DNA from: Clostridiales bacterium UBA1206
GTDB lineage: Bacteria; Bacillota; Clostridia; Oscillospirales; CAG-382
Direction of reading: 5' to 3'
Assembly (NCBI GenBank): GCA_002310055.1
Contig: DBXS01000026.1
Span: forward strand, 54,135 to 118,134
DNA length: 64,000 bases
The notes beneath the pieces are model-generated. The model was not told the origin of the DNA. It did no database searches and saw only the letters and a list, made by a program, of their open reading frames with translations. Shown here piece by piece: positions 60,291 to 64,000 of this stretch (position 1 is the stretch's first letter; every line of letters begins with the position of its first letter). Both the position numbers and the translations under genes were made by a program.

Positions 60291-60311
60291 CATTTTAAAG
60301 GAGACTAAGAA

Positions 60312-61583
60312 TTGAAAAGAGTATTTTGCGCCATTTTTGCAGTTATCCTCGTAATGTCCGTTTTCGGCCTCGCTTCGTGCAAATCGCATGAATCTTCCGA
60401 TTTTTCGGTGACCGACGAGACCGCCGCCATCGATTATTCCAAATACGCCGGAATAACCATCAACGTTTATAACTGGGGCGAATACATTTCCGACGGCACC
60501 GAAGATTCGGTAGACGTCAACTACGAGTTCACCAAACTCACCGGCATAAAAGTCAACTACACCAACTTTTCCACCAACGAAGATATGTATTCAAAGCTCA
60601 AGAGCGGCGCCAGCGCCTACGACGTGATCATCCCTTCGGATTATATGATCCAGCAGCTCATAGACGAGGGAATGATTCAGAAACTCAACTTCGATAATAT
60701 TCCCAACTATAAATATATCGAAGACGAATTCAAAGGCCTTTATTTCGACCAGACCAACGAATATTCCGTGGCTTATAACTGCGGCATGGTCGGCATTATC
60801 TACAACACCGAACTCGTCGACTATACCCCCGAGACCTGGGATATACTCTGGGACGAAAAACTCAACGACCAGATCCTTATGATAAACAACCCGCGCGACG
60901 CTTTCGGCATAGCGGAATTCAAGCTCGGCTTCAGCGTGAACACCACCGATTTCGACGAGCTCACCAAAGCCAAGGACGAACTGCTCAAGCAGAAGCCGCT
61001 GGTCAAAGCTTACGTAATGGATGAGATATACAACAAGATGGAAAGCGGCGCCGCCGCGGTTTCCGCATACTACGCAGGCGACTATCTAAGCATGTACGAA
61101 AACAACGACAAGCTCGCATTCGTGTACCCCAAGGAAGGCACCAACATATTCGTCGACGCCTGCTGCATCCCCGCTTCTGCGGAGCATAAAGAAGCCGCCG
61201 AACTCTATATCAACTTCCTCTGCGACCCCAACGTGGCGGTCTGCAACGCCGAAAAGATCTGCTACCGCAGCCCCAACAAAGCGGTGCTCGAAAACGAAGA
61301 GTATCAGGAATTCCTCGCAGATCTCCACGACGACGCTATGGATATCCTGTATCCCGACCTTACCGAACTGTATCCTGACAAAGACACCGACGATTTCTAT
61401 TTCCACCGTCTTCCTTCCGAAGCTATCAGCAAAATGACGTCTCTGTGGTCAGAACTCAAGATCACCAGTACCGAAGACTCCGATTCCGGCGCTCTCTACT
61501 GGATAAGCGGCGCGTTCATAATCGCGATCATCGCTGTGTTCGTACTGCTCAAAATCAGAAAATCAAAACGTGAACATGAATAA
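60312..61583 (+). CDS. potD: spermidine/putrescine ABC transporter substrate-binding lipoprotein with extra C-terminal TM segment
   Basis: TTG start after AAAGGAGA. Lipobox LASCKS. PotD-like motifs NVYNWGEYISD and IPSDYMIQQLI. C-terminal LYWISGAFIIAIIAVFVLLKIRK. Confidence 0.8.
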   Translation: MKRVFCAIFAVILVMSVFGLASCKSHESSDFSVTDETAAIDYSKYAGITINVYNWGEYISDGTEDSVDVNYEFTKLTGIKVNYTNFSTNEDMYSKLKSGASAYDVIIPSDYMIQQLIDEGMIQKLNFDNIPNYKYIEDEFKGLYFDQTNEYSVAYNCGMVGIIYNTELVDYTPETWDILWDEKLNDQILMINNPRDAFGIAEFKLGFSVNTTDFDELTKAKDELLKQKPLVKAYVMDEIYNKMESGAAAVSAYYAGDYLSMYENNDKLAFVYPKEGTNIFVDACCIPASAEHKEAAELYINFLCDPNVAVCNAEKICYRSPNKAVLENEEYQEFLADLHDDAMDILYPDLTELYPDKDTDDFYFHRLPSEAISKMTSLWSELKITSTEDSDSGALYWISGAFIIAIIAVFVLLKIRKSKREHE

Positions 61584-64000
61584 AAAATATTATAAGACGT
61601 TAGTTTTTACAATAATTATCGCGTTGCTCCTCTCGATATTCGCCGGCTGCTCCAAGGATCCTGCGGACGTTTCTTCCGGCGCTGATGATTCCGCCGCCGA
61701 TCAAAGTGAAGAATCTTCCGCAGAGGAAGGGAAGATACGCGTTGAGATCGCCGATCAGACCTTTTGGGTGAACGCCGTAAACGTATCCGCCGGAACGGAA
61801 GACGAAGCGCTGCTGTACGACAGAGATTACCGCGACGAAAACGGCCCGGTGCTTTACGTTAACGGATCTGCCGCGGGACGCACGCTCATAAGCGTCAAAC
61901 TTGCGTTCAAATACGGTTCGCCCGATTATTCCGTGATATCGAGCGAAGTAGGCGCACACGAAGACGTAAAAATGCCGATTCCGGTCAACGGTTTCGTACT
62001 TTCGGTAAGCACTTCCGCGCTGCCGGAAGGTTACAAACCCAACAGCGTGTCCAACGTGACTGTGTCCGGCTGGGAATATCCGGAATTCGAGCTGACAGAT
62101 CTCACTACCGTGATCCCTTCGGCGCGCGCCAATACCAGACGTGTGAATATGACCGATCCGGAAAGCGGCGTATTCGAAGAAGGGAAGATATACTTCTGCA
62201 AAAAAGGTTATACCGTGCCTCAGGATTCCGCGTCCGTGATACTGAACGATCCTTCCGCAGGGTATTATAAGATCGATTCCGTAGTCCCGGCGGGTACCGC
62301 GGTAGAAGCCGGATATTCGCTCCTGTTCACCGGCGCATACAACGCCGCGTACGCAAAAGAATTCTTTGCTTCCGGCGAGGTCCGCTTCAACGATGAAAAA
62401 CTGCTGAACGGGATCAGCGATTCGCCGGCGGTCGCTTTCGGCAAAGGCGAATACATCGTCATACCGCGCGGCAACGTCAACCCCGAATCCGCCAAAAACG
62501 GAGTTTATCTCTATGAAATAAGCGGAAATGCCGCTGTGACGAACGCAAAAGGCGATTTTACGAATATCGTCGTGCGCGGCGGCAAAATCGCGTACAAGAC
62601 CAACGGCTCAGAAAACGTGGTTATACCGTCTTCTGACGGCTACGTCGTCACCTTCGCGGGGGAAAGTAAAACGCTTTGCGAAGGCGTGGGAATGGGCGAC
62701 AGCGTAAAGGACCTGCTCATTACCGCGCAGGATCTGCCCGCAATGTTCGTACGCGTTAAAGGGCTTGTTTTCGAAATCGATTCCGTCAACGTCCGCGTCA
62801 ACGCTACTCATCCGTGCGTGCTCTACACTCCGGAATACGGCGCTGCCACGGGTTCCGCCGACTGCGCCGAGATAGCCATTGAAGACGGCAGGATCGTTTC
62901 GGTCACCAAAGCCGGAAACTCCGCGATTCCCGAAAACGGCTACGTGCTTTCGGTCAAAAAGGGAAGTCAGAACTACGCAAGCGTCGCCAACCGCTCTTCG
63001 GAGGGCGATCCGGCGCTCGTATCGCTCGGAGGCAATATGTATTCATTCACGACCTTCCACTACAACGCTACCAACGCCACGCGTCAAACCGATTATATCG
63101 TCATTTATAACGACAGTTTCGGCAAGTCTACCGCCACCAACGTTTACGGCTACGAATTCGCGGTAGACGCGAACGGCAGCATCACCGGCAGTTCCTACGC
63201 CGGAAATATGCAGATCCCGCGCGGCGGATTCGTGGTTTCGGCTCACGGCGCCAATATCCAGACGCTTGAAAAAGCGTATTCTTACGGCGCCAAGGTCACG
63301 CTCGACAAGAGCAGGAACAACGTCACGGTACAGACGACTCCCGAATCGCTGTTCTACGACGCCGAGTTCCGTTATAACGATCTCAAAGCCGGTTACGAAG
63401 ACGCGATCGAACGCCTTTCGTGCATAAATATCTCGTCTATCGGACCCAAAGTGGAACTTATAAAGTCCGTATACGACACATATATCGAACATAAGTCAGC
63501 CGATTCGCCCGAAAAATCGGTAGAAAGGTGCAGAACGATAATTTCGATGTGCGAAGATCTGCGCTTTTCGCTGTATGAATCCGCCCCCGTGGAAAACCGC
63601 GCGGTGTGGTACCGCTGCAACGAAAAGAACGACGACGAAGTGCGCGCAAGCTGCGAGCTTATGGCGCAAATGGGCATAAATGCAGTCTATCTCGAAACCT
63701 GGTACAACGGTCAGTTTATTGGTTTTTCCGAAAATCCGCTCATAAGGCACGTCTCAACGCACGGCGATTACGACGTGCTGGAAGGCTACTGCCGCATAGC
63801 GCACGAATACGGCATAGAAGTCCATTGCTGGGTCGAGAATTTCTTTATCGGCGGAAGCGGCGTACTCGTTGACGCCACAAAAGAATACCATCTGCTCGAC
63901 AATAAGGGCAAGGATTATCAGACGACCATGTACGGTCCGTTCGTGTTCCTTGACCCGCTGGATCCCCGTTCGCGTGAAATAGTGCTTGGCATATACCGCG
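61576..64000 (+). CDS. large lipoprotein with C-terminal glycoside-hydrolase-like family 10 (GHL10/YngK-like) domain; 3' end outside the window
   Basis: I read this frame by hand because it is not in the ORF track, having no stop inside the window. It starts ATG 61576, which overlaps the potD stop codon. Lipobox IFAGCSK. It stays open to nt 64000. GHL10-like motifs: RAVWYRC, MGINAVYLETWYNGQF, IEVHCWVENFF. Confidence 0.7.
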   Translation, partial: MNKKYYKTLVFTIIIALLLSIFAGCSKDPADVSSGADDSAADQSEESSAEEGKIRVEIADQTFWVNAVNVSAGTEDEALLYDRDYRDENGPVLYVNGSAAGRTLISVKLAFKYGSPDYSVISSEVGAHEDVKMPIPVNGFVLSVSTSALPEGYKPNSVSNVTVSGWEYPEFELTDLTTVIPSARANTRRVNMTDPESGVFEEGKIYFCKKGYTVPQDSASVILNDPSAGYYKIDSVVPAGTAVEAGYSLLFTGAYNAAYAKEFFASGEVRFNDEKLLNGISDSPAVAFGKGEYIVIPRGNVNPESAKNGVYLYEISGNAAVTNAKGDFTNIVVRGGKIAYKTNGSENVVIPSSDGYVVTFAGESKTLCEGVGMGDSVKDLLITAQDLPAMFVRVKGLVFEIDSVNVRVNATHPCVLYTPEYGAATGSADCAEIAIEDGRIVSVTKAGNSAIPENGYVLSVKKGSQNYASVANRSSEGDPALVSLGGNMYSFTTFHYNATNATRQTDYIVIYNDSFGKSTATNVYGYEFAVDANGSITGSSYAGNMQIPRGGFVVSAHGANIQTLEKAYSYGAKVTLDKSRNNVTVQTTPESLFYDAEFRYNDLKAGYEDAIERLSCINISSIGPKVELIKSVYDTYIEHKSADSPEKSVERCRTIISMCEDLRFSLYESAPVENRAVWYRCNEKNDDEVRASCELMAQMGINAVYLETWYNGQFIGFSENPLIRHVSTHGDYDVLEGYCRIAHEYGIEVHCWVENFFIGGSGVLVDATKEYHLLDNKGKDYQTTMYGPFVFLDPLDPRSREIVLGIYR

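Noticed and set aside
53729-60311. The block splitting potABC from potD, considered as a mobile element or genomic island
   Set aside because: I could see no integrase, transposase or recombinase gene, no flanking direct or inverted repeats, and no tRNA target. The genes are tightly packed and co-oriented like native operon members.

Overview
This is a 64-kb chromosomal window that looks like it comes from a spore-forming Firmicute or Clostridia-type genome. That placement is an inference from GGAGG-type RBSs, lipobox signal peptides, a T-box leader and sigG. All product calls come from reading motifs in the supplied translations, because no searches could be run.

I can support:
- 53 protein-coding genes, two of them truncated by the window edges
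- two riboswitch-type leaders: a ZTP/pfl riboswitch before purE and a threonine T-box before thrS
- about 14 intrinsic terminators
- about 10 near-consensus sigma-A promoters

I saw no rRNA, tRNA, CRISPR array, transposase, integrase or phage genes.

Gene order:
1. The tail of a BMP/nucleoside-type ABC transporter.
2. A glycan-utilisation locus: GH77 malQ, a GH53 galactanase, a MalEFG-like ABC transporter with MsmK-type ATPase, and a GH13 amylase.
3. A roughly 16-kb, 14-gene minus-strand operon: purE-purC-purF-purM-FNT-purN-purO-purH(AICARFT only)-purD-purL-glyA-fhs-guaA(ATP-PPase only).
4. cca, a CE4 deacetylase, thrS, bioY and a CapA-like lipoprotein.
5. An ECF sigma/anti-sigma pair flanked by two paralogous lipoproteins.
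6. An SSS symporter, a 5'-nucleotidase, an Fe-ADH, sigG and an OmpR-type two-component system.
7. A potABC...potD polyamine transporter, followed by a GHL10-family lipoprotein that runs off the window.

Most interesting observations:
- **Split pot operon.** potABC and potD are separated by about 6.6 kb of co-directional genes. These encode a membrane-anchored transglutaminase-like protein, a dlt-like acylation cassette (adenylating enzyme, carrier protein, 530-aa MBOAT, SGNH-like protein with GDC instead of GDS) and a lipoprotein.
- **ZTP-controlled purine operon.** It carries an embedded formate/nitrite-transporter-family gene next to fhs. Its PurF homologue lacks the N-terminal Cys nucleophile, its GMP synthase has no glutaminase domain, and PurH is split into AICARFT plus an archaeal-type PurO.
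- **Sugar-binding protein with an extra domain.** The ABC sugar-binding lipoprotein is fused to a CBM48-like module.
- **Cys-rich repeats.** The CapA-like lipoprotein has five tandem Cys-rich repeats.
- **Orphan structured element.** A GC-rich element sits in the AT-rich spacer upstream of potA.

The many long antisense ORFs, up to 994 codons, lie in exact codon register with real genes. I interpret them as codon-usage shadows, not genes.
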